NCBI GenBank assembly: GCA_035084275.1
Contig: CM068772.1
Span: forward strand, 2,294,001-2,358,000
Direction of reading: 5' to 3'
Length of the DNA: 64,000 nt
From: Hydrolagus colliei
Lineage: Eukaryota
The translations under genes were made by a program, and so were the position numbers. Positions 1-12,908 of this stretch are shown here, piece after piece (the stretch's first letter is position 1; each line of letters begins with the position of its first letter). The notes beneath the pieces were generated by a model. It saw only the letters and a list, made by a program, of their open reading frames with translations. It was not told where the DNA came from and did no database searches.

Positions 1-2035
1 CACTCCCACCCTCCCTCCATCCCTCCCTCCCTCGCATCCCCAGATTGTTAACCCACCCTCAAATGTTTCGGGCGGATTTTTAATTAATAATAAGAGAAAC
101 GAAAATCCAACTTGGCGGAAAAAACACAAGTTAATTTCTCACTTTATTTGCAATCCGTTCGCTATCAGAAAGTACCAACTGGTTGTATGCGAGCATCAAT
201 TAACCTTTATATATAATATATATATGTGTGAGTGTGTGTATGTGAAAACGAATGTTAATAGACATATATGTATATATCTCTATTAATATATATCGTTTAC
301 AATTTCGCTGGATTTATCGTTGAACCTTTTGAGTAACTTTTCCTTGTTGAGAGGGCATATATATATATTTTTTACCCGAAAGCCAAAAAAAACACACATT
401 CAAATTCATATATCAATTCTTTTTTTTAAAGAAGAAACCAAAAAAACTGAACCCACAACAAACGTCGAGTTGAGATTTTTGGTTTGAAATGTGAAGCGAA
501 TATTTAAGATTCTGAAATACATAACCGATTGGCTGAATTATCAAGCGACCCAATTGTACTTAGACGTGCAATATAACGCGTGGTGTGTGTGTGTGTGTAC
601 GTGTGTGTTTTCTTTAAAAAAAACGGCGAAACGTTTAAAAACTGAGAGGTTTGAAGAGAAGCCAGGCTGAATTTAAATCTGCTGGTGAATGGAGCATATT
701 GATGTTTAAATCGAGAGGGAGAGAGGGAGAGAGAGAGAGAGACAGAGGGAGGGAGAGAGAGAGAAGATAATAATAAAAATAATAATAATAATAAGATCAC
801 AACAAACACAAGTCGTAATTAAATTCACATGTTAGTAGTAGAAAAAAAAATCAGATAGCGTGATTAATCTTTATTGAGTTGAATCCAAGTCTTTTCGGCG
901 CCAGATAATTCTTAAATGCAGCAATGCCTTTTCCCCCACAACACACACACACACAGACACACACACACACACACACACACACATAGCATCCATTATAGCT
1001 GTTTAGCGCGGTAGGCATAACATTGCAAGGAAAAGTCTCCGACAAACCCAGAGTGTACGAGAAGCGGCTGTGAATATATTTCATCGGAGTAATAAAGTTC
1101 GGGTCGCGTTGCCTTCCCGGAAAACAAACCCACTGAGCAACTGTGCTGTTGTTGCGGCTTTGACAGATGAAGAGAAATGTGGAGATTTCCTGGGGAGAGA
1201 GATGTGATTTTATTATTGGCCTCTGCAGACATTATAATTGACAATCTAGTCATATGTTGTTGTTTTTTAACCTCGAATAAATGTGGTAGAGAGAGTGAGA
1301 GAGAGAAATAGATCATATCTTGATGCGATCGCAGATGTGTTGGGTTGTATGTAATGGGGGTGCGTTAGTGTGCTGTTAAATATTCAGTCAACTGGGTGGC
1401 TGACTGACGCAGGGGGGCGATTGTACTGTAGTTAGTTCGGAGAGCTATCAAGCAGTGGTAAATATTGTTCACGCAAGTTTTTTTCCCTTTACCCCCCCCT
1501 CCTTCCCCATGAAGAATTCGCGCTTTTAACCGCGGATTGTCGGGCAGGCAAGAATGAACAAGACGTGCGGTGTGTAATATTGTGTTAATTGAATAGCATT
1601 TGAGTGTCTGGTGGGGTGGTGCTGGGGGTGGGGAGGGGGCTGGGGTGGGGGTGGGGAGGGGGTGCGAGTGGGGAGGGGGAAAATAAATTTTAATTTAATT
1701 TTTTTTTACTGTAAAATCTGCTTCCACGTTTGAAAGTCGCTTGGAGTGATTTAGAAGCACTCCCCTTGCTTGTCTTTTGCAGCCAAAGAGACAACAGCCG
1801 CGTTAATGAAACGATGTTTACTGTCATTAGGTGGAAATCAGTTGCACCGCGTTAATTCCGTGACCCCGGTACTGTTTCGGTATAATCTAGGCAATAATGC
1901 ATAATTGGGACAGGCCTTCATTGGATCAATGAATGAATGGATGAATGAAATGGGATGGATGGATGAATAAATGAATGACTGAATAAATGAATGAATGAGT
2001 GATCTAGGAGTTGGAATGGACACAAGTGATTATAC

Positions 2036-2073
<38 letters not shown>

Positions 2074-2339
2074 GATACACACACATTGTAGATATATAAT
2101 ATATAAACGCAGGGAAGTGTCTCTCTTTGTGTAAAATACTGTAACTAGTGAGGCGATAGTCAATCACAGTTATGTTTTCTGATTTTTTTTGGGGGGGATG
2201 TGTGTGGTGGTGGGGTTGTGTGTGTGTGGGGGGGGGGGGCGGGGGGCGGGGGAGTGGGATGATGGGGGGGACGGGCGGGGGGGATAGAGAATGATTTTTT
2301 TGCGCCTCTCGTGGGCGGGCCCCTGCCTTGCACACAAGC

Positions 2340-2459
2340 CCAGATGGCTTCCACATGACAAGCTCCCCCAGCCAATCAGGGCCGGCCGTGGCTTTAACTA
2401 TGTTTAATGTCAGATTGCAATAAACTGCGCGAAGAGTCTGTCGGTCAGGGCCCGCGGAA
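2340..2459 (+). promoter_or_regulatory. HoxC12 proximal promoter/5'UTR
   Basis: Non-repetitive block directly upstream of the ATG, with CACATGAC (E-box-like), GCCAATCAG (CCAAT box) and an AT-rich GCAATAAA element. Confidence 0.6.
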
Positions 2460-3033
2460 ATGGGCGAACACAACTTGCTAAACCCGGGCTTCGTGGGACC
2501 CCTGGTCAACATACACACGGGCGATGCCTTCTACTTTCCCAATTTCAGGACCTCGGCGGGACAGTTGGCGGGATTGTCGTCGCTCTCGTACCCGAGGCGG
2601 GACAACGTCTGCTCGTTGCCCTGGCCGGTCTCAGACCAGTGCGGATACCCGCAGTCGTATCTGGGCAACGCCGCGGTCTCGATTAACCCCTCGTTCAACC
2701 GGACCTGCGACATAGGCAGGGCGGAGGAGCAGGGCAAAGGCTACTACCGCGATGGCGGGACGGACAATCTGAAACGGGAGGAGGGCATCCGGGGCGATAA
2801 TAACACGGCGCTCCCGCCGGGACACGAATCCGGCATCCCGAACGGGCTGGGCGCTAATTTCCCCAAGTACGACTACCCGGGTTCCGAGTCGGCAGCGCCT
2901 CAGGAACACGGACCGTGTCACCCGCTGGAGTCAGACTCCAACTCGCCCCTGATGAGCGACCAGGACAAGCACTGTGGCAGTAATTCAGCTCTCGCCTCGC
3001 CAATCACCCATGGGAACTCTCTACCTGCCGGAG
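2460..3033 (+). CDS. hoxc12: Homeobox protein Hox-C12, exon 1
   Basis: [30 protein letters not shown]...[14 protein letters not shown] is the HoxC12 N-terminus. Phase-1 donor GAG|GTAAGC at 3034. Confidence 0.97.
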
Positions 3034-3958
3034 GTAAGCCACACACACACACACATACATAGAGACACAGACATACATCCCCCAACCACCCTATCCGCGG
3101 CTTTTCTTATATGCATGTTCGTGTTTTCCGCCTCCCCCCAAAAAATATATATACAGGCAATTGCAACTGGACTTTTCCCAGTGTTTTTTGTTTGCGTGAA
3201 ATACTGCGTGAGACGCGATTGAGGAGGGTGGGGGTGGGGAGTGGGGGGTGGGGGGCCTATTCAATGCATGAATTATTATTCTTAAAAAGTTTCATTATTT
3301 ACCTGAAATGTCATTTTGCTTTGTGAAGAAAATAAATGATAAAATAGCATCATTTAACTAAATTCAGTGCAAGCTGAAAAGTGTGTGTGTGTGTGCGTGT
3401 GGGGTGATGGGGGGGGGGGGGGGGGGTAAAAAAAATAACCCCAAAAAAACAACTATTGAGCTATTTTATCAAGCGAGGAATAAAGGACAGTGTCTTGTCT
3501 GGATTAGAAGAGTCAAAATTAAGCTACATTCCCACCCACCCCCGTTGCAGGAGTAATAATTATGGTTGAGTTTTTTTTCTGGCAGTAACTGGCAGATTTT
3601 ATGAGCAGAAAGCATGCGGAAGCGTAACGGCGAATTTACTGGGGCAAAATGCGCCTGTCGGAATGTGTAGAATTCTCCATTCCGAAGAGAGATCACACAA
3701 GCGTTACATTAAAGCGCCATAAATCCGAGTTTTTTTCATTTTAAAATATTTGTTATTATTAATATTAATTCAAGGTGAAATACTTAACACGTAGATAAAT
3801 AAATCAATAGGTAAATAAATCAGTGCCAGCTATCAACCTGAAATTGTTTTCTTCTGTCTCCTCTTTCCCTTGTACGTTGTCGCTCTTGGATTTTAAATTT
3901 TTTAAAAACAAACAAATTTTGGGGTGATTTGGTGGTGTTTCCGGCAAAACAAATCAAG

Positions 3959-4197
3959 GGACTCCGTGGTATCCAGTTCACGCCAGGACCCGGAAAAAGA
4001 GGAAACCTTATTCTAAGGTTCAGATCGCGGAGCTGGAAGGAGAGTTTCTGATGAACGAGTTCATCACTCGACAGAGGAGGAGAGAGCTTTCAGACCGACT
4101 CAATCTCAGCGATCAGCAGGTGAAAATCTGGTTCCAGAATCGGCGGATGAAAAAGAAAAGACTGCAAATGAGAGAGCAAGCGCTTACCTTCTTTTAG
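3959..4197 (+). CDS. hoxc12: Hox-C12, exon 2 (homeodomain); spliced product about 270 aa
   Basis: Acceptor CAAG|GG. Translates [79 protein letters not shown], in frame with exon 1. Not listed in the ORF track. Confidence 0.97.
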
Positions 4198-4269
4198 GTG
4201 CGAAAAAAACAGAAAAGAGAGAAAAAATAGACAGTATTTTCCTTTGTTTTTTGATACTCGCTGAAGGAC

Positions 4270-4680
4270 AACACACACACACACACACACACACACATAA
4301 ATTGCGACGCTACAGACACACACACAGACACACACATACATACTCACAGAAATCTAACCTCACATACTTATACAGACACACACACAGAAATACAACCATG
4401 TACAGATACATGCACACAAACACAAACACACTCACAGAAATCTAACCTCACGTGTACAGACACACACACACAGAAATACAATCATATACACATACATGCA
4501 CACACGTACAAACACTCACATAAATACACTCCCCGCACACATCCACCCACCACACACCCAATATACAAACAGCCTCACACACAGACACATATAACACCAT
4601 ACAAAAGCACCGCCAAGGCGGATACACACACATAGAGTTTCACACACTCACGCACACAGTGAAATACATACTAATCACAT
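4270..4680. repeat. Degenerate (CA)n-rich low-complexity tract in the HoxC12 3'UTR
   Basis: ACAC repeats with an internal duplicated unit ACTCACAGAAATCTAACCTCAC at about 4342 and 4430. Confidence 0.85.
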
Positions 4681-5542
4681 TATTAGCAATACGCGGACAT
4701 TATAAAGGGCGAACCTTTGCAATGTATGCAAATCTGCTCGACTTCAGTTAATCAACTACGACCTAGTGTGTTTGTGTGTGTGGGGGTGGGGGGGGGGGGG
4801 GGGGTGGGGGGGGTGTAATGGACAGAAAAGAACTGTTTGTTTTGCTTCCACCTGCGTTCTTCCTTGAATGTCTTTTGTATACCGAAGCATTGCGAAGAAT
4901 TAATTTTAAAAGAAACACACACACATGAACAAAAAAAACGAGGCAAGAGAAAAAAGTGAGAAGGTAATAAATTAGCTCAACACCATCGATTTCTCAAGGG
5001 GCAATCCATTTTCATAAGTTGAGTACTGTATCTCGTGACCGGTCAACCCGGAGGGGGGGGGGGGGGAAATCTTTTTTGTACAAAAAAGTATTAATTCCAC
5101 AGGTTTCATTTCATTCATTCATTTTTTCATTCGTTCGTTTTTTTCATTCATTTTTTTCATTCATTCATTTTTTTCATTCATTCATTCAACGCCAAGTCAT
5201 GACGAAAAGGGCTGTAATCTTACAGCAAAACAATTACTGTGTTTTTTTCAGTACTGTACTGTGTTTGAGACTTTATATAAAAAAGCTACAAAAGTGAGTG
5301 CTGTGTTACATGGTGTTCCCATATTTGCCCAGTTAAGAGCTATTGGTGCATGTGTATTTTTCTGCACACGAATATGCGATGCACAACTTAAAATGACACT
5401 ATAGATAACCAGGGGAATCTATCTCTCAAACCTATAGTGAGTATAGTGTGTGATTATCTTACGCCAAGCAAGATACAGCAGCGTAAGATTGTTTTATAGA
5501 AAGATTGAAGGCTGAATGGTCTAAAGCTGTTTCTATATTCCT

Positions 5543-5548
5543 AATAAA
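5543..5548 (+). terminator. Candidate HoxC12 polyadenylation signal
   Basis: AATAAA about 1.35 kb after the stop codon, followed by GT/T-rich sequence. Confidence 0.4.
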
Positions 5549-7270
5549 GTGTTAGATATTGGAGAAAAATACACATTATTATAAGGCGTTTTGTGGTTAA
5601 TGACCGACCCACAAAGTGCTCGGGTGAACGTGCCTAAGTGTGACAGACAAGATTAAATAAATAAAATCAATCCCCCCACCAAAAAATATATATCTTCACA
5701 CTGCAGGATATATGCTATCCTCACCCACCCACCCACCCACCCACCACCATTACCGCGCACGCACATCACAAAAAAATCACTGCTCTGTTAACAAAGACAC
5801 ACGTTACAATCGCCATCTGCTCATGTGAGTTTTTATTTATATATATCTATATTCTTTTTATACAGCCGCTTTTACATTATGTCACCGTTGGCTTGAACGC
5901 CACACACACACATATATATAGATAAATAGCTATGAAAATTCATCTCAAAAACTCAATGTAACCAACTGATACATACAGGATTGAGAGCTCCATGAGGTTG
6001 GATTCAGGGTAGGTACGGGGAGGAGATGGGTATGTGGGGGTTGAGGACGGGGGGGGGGGGGGGGGGGGGATGGGGAAGGAGCCGTGTGAAAGGAAACACA
6101 TTCCGTCCTCCAAAGGTTAAATAAACAAACATTTGCTCTTATGAAAATGGTAACTTAATAAACAGCATCAAGGTTTACACTCATAAGGTATTGAAATGTA
6201 TTTGAATTCATTTCTTGATAGGAAGGTGAGTTTGGGGGTGGGGGGTATTTTCCTTGAGTTGCACTATTGAGTGGGCTCCCTGTGTGAACTTGAGTCGCTT
6301 GTAGCCCAGTTCAAGTGCATCTTGTCGCTAAATTCCGCCATCCCCACAGGAGATGGGGAGAGAGAGAGAGTGAGAGAGAAAGGGGGGCGGGGGTAAATAG
6401 GCGGGTGGTGGTGCTAGGGGAGGGAGGTGAGAGAGAGAGAGAGAGAGAGACCTACAACAGATATATCCAAGTTAGTGTGTACCGCTATCACTGGTATTAT
6501 TAACTGAGAAGGTACACATGCAAAATCCCCCCCCCCACAAAAAAAAATAAAAACACAAGTTGTGAATCATAATGTACAATTGTTCTTCGGTGTCAGTTTG
6601 TCGTATATTACGCTGGATGTGTCTTGCTTGATCATTTCAGCTCTGGTCTTCTGTATAGGCGCTGTTAATATCATAGATGGTTAGTTTGTAGACTTTATTG
6701 TGACTTTACCTGCGAATATTATTATTACTGTGTAAAAAATAATCTCATGAGATTGTCGACATCAGGGTCCGCCGTCAGTATTTAGGGTGGGAGTGGGGTG
6801 GACGGGGGTGGACGGAGGGGGGGGGGGGGTGGGGGGGTGGGGGGGGGGGGGGTAGGGGCGGAGGGGGTGAAGGGGGTAAAGAGAGGAAGGTGATAGTGGG
6901 TGGAAGAAATGTCCTTGGTAAATTTTAACACGTTTAAAATAAATTAATGTTATTTGTGTACGGGTTTCTGACAATAAAGTAAAATTCCTGATTATAAAAA
7001 ATTATAGTCTGGTCAGAAAAGTCAACGATTTATTTCCGAGTGGTCCTTTATATTGTCTTGGCGTGTTTCACTGGCGTTACACATGTGGAATCATGCTGTT
7101 AAACAAACATCAAGAGAACTCGGCTTCGTCCAAACAATAAACAATATATTTCAGTATTATTATCTTTGTTAAATCTCCATTTTTTCCCCCGAAGCGAGTC
7201 ATTGCTATGTTTGAGTTTAGCTGTCTGTGTATCTAAAATATATTTAGTTTTTTTTACACGTTTAGTGCCT

Positions 7271-7524
7271 NNNNNNNNNNNNNNNNNNNNNNNNNNNNNN
7301 NNNNNNNNNNNNNNNNNNNNNNNNNNNNNNNNNNNNNNNNNNNNNNNNNNNNNNNNNNNNNNNNNNNNNNNNNNNNNNNNNNNNNNNNNNNNNNNNNNNN
7401 NNNNNNNNNNNNNNNNNNNNNNNNNNNNNNNNNNNNNNNNNNNNNNNNNNNNNNNNNNNNNNNNNNNNNNNNNNNNNNNNNNNNNNNNNNNNNNNNNNNN
7501 NNNNNNNNNNNNNNNNNNNNNNNN
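7271..7524. other. Assembly gap (254 N)
   Basis: Run of N. Confidence 1.
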
Positions 7525-8370
7525 ATTTTCTTCAGATTGAAACATAAACAGTGTATAATTTCATATTTCATGTCCCGTCTCCCCCCCTCCTCCCCCACCC
7601 CCACCCCCCCAACCCACCCCCACATGACGTGAAAGACAGATAAGATAAATCGTATCTTGAAATGTTGAAAGATAAATCTAATTTTGTTGAGGTGGTTGTC
7701 GAATACATATAATGTCTCATTGTTTCAGGAATCCATTTGAATATATTATATACCATTAATCAGCATGTACCTTATTTGAAAATACCATCACATCTGTTGA
7801 GTGTGAAACCCTGCCTCTGTGTGTGTATAAACGATACATTTTTACACCACAACATTATGTGACTGACTGCTATATTGACTCTGTTTTGGACACTATTATT
7901 TTATTTTAATAGCAAAGGAATTGGTTGTCTACCTCTACTCGTGTCCATATCAATCTATCCACCTCGATCTGCCTATGTCCTTATTTCTCCAACACTCTCG
8001 GAAATACTGTCAAAGTCGTATTTTTGATAGGATTTGTGTTAAATTCACCCTCTATTGTGCCAACGTGGGGGTTGACTCCAGGTGGGATAACAGTTTGCCT
8101 ATTATTGGTTGAGTGTTAATGGACTAAAGTCTGTAAGGTCAGAACGGTAACCACTGGAACTATGCCACTGACATCACCCACAGTAGACTAGGTAACAATT
8201 AATCGGAGAACATTTAAAAGCCAACGTCGGTATATACAAGAACAACAACAAAAAATCTACAATTAAACGAAATTTTCAGTACCGGTTGGCACGAATTGCC
8301 AAATAAATAGTGTTTATCAGTAAAACAAAACACACACATTCCTTGGCGCTTTGTCTCTATTGTCCACAAA

Positions 8371-8480
8371 TTTCGCCCATAAATGTACAGTCAATTCACT
8401 TTACGGTATGTATTCTGTGAAGCGCTTTGAGACGTCGATAAGATGTGAAAAGCCGCTAGATCAAATGCAAGGATTTTTAT
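8371..8480 (+). mobile_element. 3' fragment of the tRNA-derived SINE family
   Basis: CCCATAAATGTACAGTCAATTCACTTTACGG...TTCTGTGAAGCGCTTTGAGACGTC...TCAAATGCAAGGATT matches the 3' end of the copies at 46.8-48.8 kb. Confidence 0.85.
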
Positions 8481-11400
8481 TTTCATTGTTAGGCACGTTG
8501 AGTTGAAAGGAATACATTTTCAGCTCGAACTTGGGAGTTTACATTAATTTCTGGTGACACAAAGAATAGAAACCCGTTGGTTATTTGTCAATTTGAATAT
8601 ACAATAATAATAAAAATATATATTTTTTGGGGAAAAAATATATATTTCCGAGTGGTCCTTTGTATTGTATAATTCCTATCATATACCAGCTTCCCAGTGA
8701 TTTGCAGTTTGAATTCATTGTGCTTTAAGGTGATGAAATAACGTTTGGAGTTTTCAGCATGAGATCTAATTGAGGGTGTTGGGATGGGTGGTGTGGGGGC
8801 GGGGGGGAAATAGTATAAGTAATCAGTTTTGGGGACACTGTATGTCTGACTGTTCAGCGCTTTAGGACGTGAAAGTCGCTGTATAAATGTAATTTTGTTA
8901 TTGTTGTTGTTGTTATTGTTGTGTGTGTGTGTGTATATTGATAACCTATAATGACTCGGTGTTGGACTATAAGTCAGGTCTAGTTTTGGTGCGTGTAGAA
9001 TGGGATGGGAACTCAAGGAGCCGGTCTTGGGTTGTTGGGCATGTTGACAAACTTCTCACCTCAGGAAAGAAAAGTTCCCATTTACAGTATCCACTGATAC
9101 TAGCAAATTAGCCAAACTAGTTGGTAACTGAGCAGTTTTTTTAATGTGTAGCAGCGATCAGTAGGAGCTCGTTCTAGCCTAGAAGATTAATTAACTAACT
9201 ACCCATCGCTCTAAAGGAGAGACTTTTATTCAGATGCTGTAAGATATTTAGTTTAGTTTTGGTTTTTCAAAATACATCCTCGTCTTTTGAATAATCAGAA
9301 TTCTATCATATCAATCAATCTATTATCTATGAATGTTGCGTTGGAGGTTGCAACATTAATAGCCTGGTATCACGTTAAGCTAATGATTAATTTTTTTTTG
9401 TTCCACGCTTTAATCCGATGTGGATGTTCAGTAAATGCGATTTTTTTTTCAGAACGCGAGGCGTATGTTTTTTTCTACATTGCGAATACCGATTGCTGGG
9501 ACAAAATGACTCTTAATTTCTACGCCACACACATACACACACACAACACAACACACACACAGGAAAAGAACTTCCCCAGGAATTAAGTTTTGTTGGTTCC
9601 TCGGCCTGTTTAGCAAATACGGTTCCAACCCCATGTATGTTTGATGATGAGCAAAGCAAAACATATCTCTTGTAAAAGGTTTTTAATGGATCCAACCTAC
9701 GATCTCCCGTTCGCTTGTTAATTTCTAAGTTTATGGCTTCATTTTTTTTTAACTGGGTAACCTCATCATATATAAATATACAATTAAGAACTTTAACTCG
9801 ACGTCGAGTACCTTTAAAACCCAGCAACGTTTTGCAAGATTTGATGACTTCTGTCGGCATAAAATCTCTGCTAATAATTATATATATTTACCGGGACAAA
9901 AATAAAATAATAATAATACTAATAACCTTAGTTCGCCGAGTGGTTTCTGTTAGACTTGACCTAGTGTCTGGCCTTGATCTAGTCCACAGTCTCAGCCTCA
10001 CTCTCTTGTGTTCTCTTTGTGTTGTTTCCGGGCGCTGCGAGTATAGACTGGATTCGAAAACTAGTTCAGGGGAGAGGCAGAGAGACACGGGGTTGGTCGG
10101 GCAGAGCGCACTGGAATTTGCAAACCAGGGCTCATTCTATGGTACAAGTTCAACGTTTGACCTTCAGGACGGCGGGTTACAAAAAAAACACCAACCGTTT
10201 CTCGTGGTTTTATCCAACACTGGACAAATATAAATTGGTCAAATCAACCCATATATATTCTTGGTCTATTTGTAGACTTGGTCTATTTGTGTGACTATTT
10301 GTAAACCAATTTATATATATATATATATATCATATATACTTGAATTATAATATATTAAATATATATTAAATATATATATCTAATATATTATAATTCAAGT
10401 ACTGTCTTTCGGTAAGTTTTTTCCACTCTTCGAAATAACTAAGGTGTTCATTTCTAGTGGCATTCGGGAATTTACACAATTTAGGGGATGAGGGCGGGGT
10501 GGGGTGTGGAGTGGAGAGAGAAAAAATACAGCAACAGTTACAGCGAATATGTTTGTGGTTGCGAGTTGTTATTTTATCATCTTTTATTCATTTAAACCTT
10601 GCACTTTATTCTTATAAAGCAGCGGCTGGTAAAGTCAACTGAGATGTGTGCTTTTGGCTAAGACGTTAGAAATAGTCCATTTGTGGTTTGAAACGAGCTA
10701 TAAAACTAAAGGCTGAATTTCAATGGCTGTGTTTCCCCCCAACCCACCCCCCACCTCTATTGGCTGAATCTGCTTATTCTAGTACACTCTTTCGCTCAAT
10801 GAAATCGGACTACTAGTTTCTGATTTTCCGGGCGTTGGCAACAAAAATCAAACAAAATCAATCTGATCTAATAAATAATAATAATAATGCAAATAATAAT
10901 TCTTGCATTTGATATGAAGCTGGCGGGGTCAGATTTTAAACATAGTGAATGTGACAGCGAAATTAACACGTTTGGTTGTTGAGTTTCTAGTTGTGAACCA
11001 TGTTATATATAGGTTCACTTCTTTTTTAAATCTGATGATATTGTTTGGGAAGCAGCGGAGTGTCTGACGCATGCGGAAACCTTCTTAGGAGTGAGAATAT
11101 AAAGGGCTGTTTTGGTCAAACAGAGAAGAATGCTGATTGCCTAGTCGAATAGCCATTCTTCAAATGTACTTCACTGATGTTTTGAAATGAAAGACTGCAT
11201 TTTTATCCCCTCCACTTTTATTTTAAAACACACACACACACACAGCTCATAGCAGTAAATATTTAATAAGGCAATGAGATCTTGGCATAATGGAAAGCAA
11301 GCGGTTGTGTTAGCGAACCGGTGTATAATGAAACGCGCATTTGTACACGAGCTTACCAAAGAAAATAGTGATACTCTACACACAGCCCCAACCACAGCCT

Positions 11401-12778
11401 ACTTTCCACATCTCTCTCTCTCTCTCCCTCTCTCTCTCTCTTTCTCTATTCCTCTCTCTCTAACAAAAAAACCCTAGCTAAAATAGTCTAGCGAGTAGCG
11501 TTCAGCCATTTGACGCACACAAAAGGACCGCGAACTCACAAAAACAAGATCAGTTGTTGTGTTGTATTTATCATGTCCTGGTGTGTTTGAGCTCTAATTA
11601 AACGGGTTGCAAAGTAAGATTGACAAGAACAAAGTCTAGGCTTACAAGGGGGAAACGACGTGTGTTTGGTGAGTTTGACTTTCCTATGTCCCCAATTGTC
11701 ATACTTTTACACTCCGTTCTTGGCTTAATTCGTATATATATACACATATGTGTATATGTTTGGCTCCCTTGTGATGGGATAATGTTTTTTTTCGTGTGTG
11801 TTCTTGTGTTATAGTATTTTTTTGAAACAACAAAACCGGGAGAGATTGCGGCTATGCTTTCTGACTTTCTTTGTGTTGCTAAACACTAACGAGACACTAA
11901 TGGACAGTCGCCTGTGTCAGGGTTTGGAGTTAAAGTCTGTGTCAGACAGACACCATTATGCTGAAAGTTTATAGAGAGCGGCGACTGAGATTTTCATATC
12001 GGGCTCTGCTATGTGTAGAAAATGGGCTGCAATCGTTCTCTTGTGTTCTTCTGTTTTTTTTTAAATATATATTTTATTTTTTTTACAACAAATTACATCC
12101 AGACACACATACAAACACATAAAGTGGGCAGACACACGCACACAGACAGACAGATAGACAGACAGACAGTCAAACAGACAGGCAAACCCACACGTCTTTC
12201 TCGTATGAGGTCCCTTCTGCCAAACTAATGTTCAAAGCGAGACGTTTTATTAGGTGAGAGAAACATTGGTACAGACCAAATACTGACAAGAAACAAAATC
12301 CACCCCCTCTCTCTCACCCTCCCCAATCACACACAGACACAGACACACCACACACACCACCAACTCTTGCTAGGAAAGTGCTCAGATGGTATTAAAAGAT
12401 AATTTTATTTCTAGCTCCAGCAAAAATGTCCAAAATGTTGGGGGGAAAAAATCCTAGCCTGGTGAAATTCTCTTGCAAATATGTATTGCCCCTCAATGAA
12501 CCTCTCTGTACTTAAGGAATGACCACATTTCTCCTATTTCTTATCACTGCAGTCAAGGTTAATGCAAAAAATAATTGTAATTTTATCTTTGATGCTTTAG
12601 ACTTTTAAGGAATTGTTATGGAATGAAGTTTGGTAGTTGGGGTGATGGGGGGATGGGGTGGTGGGGAGGGAGGGCGGGTGTGTGTGGGGAGAAGAGGGGA
12701 GCCTTGTTTATTAAAAATAATAATTATGGTTCCTAATCTTGCGTTCCATTTGTACTGAAATCTTAGGGGAAGAAAACT

Positions 12779-12908
12779 GTGCGCGTTTCTCCCACAAAAT
12801 ATACAGTCGATTCATTTTGCAGTGAATTCTGTGAAGCACTGTGACACGTCTAGAAGACGCGATAATACGTAATATCAAATCCAATTATTCTTATTCTTCT
12901 TATTATTC
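12779..12908 (+). mobile_element. 3' fragment of the same SINE family
   Basis: CCCACAAAATATACAGTCGATTCA...TTCTGTGAAGCAC...TATCAAAT followed by an (ATT/CTT)n tail. Confidence 0.8.

Noticed and set aside
7099-7625. ORFs spanning N runs (also 26239-26643)
   Set aside because: Artefacts of translating through assembly gaps.
9715-10233. 172-aa ORF in the C12-C11 interval
   Set aside because: Non-ATG start, low-complexity Ile-rich stretch from (ATA)n, and no recognisable domain or splice context.
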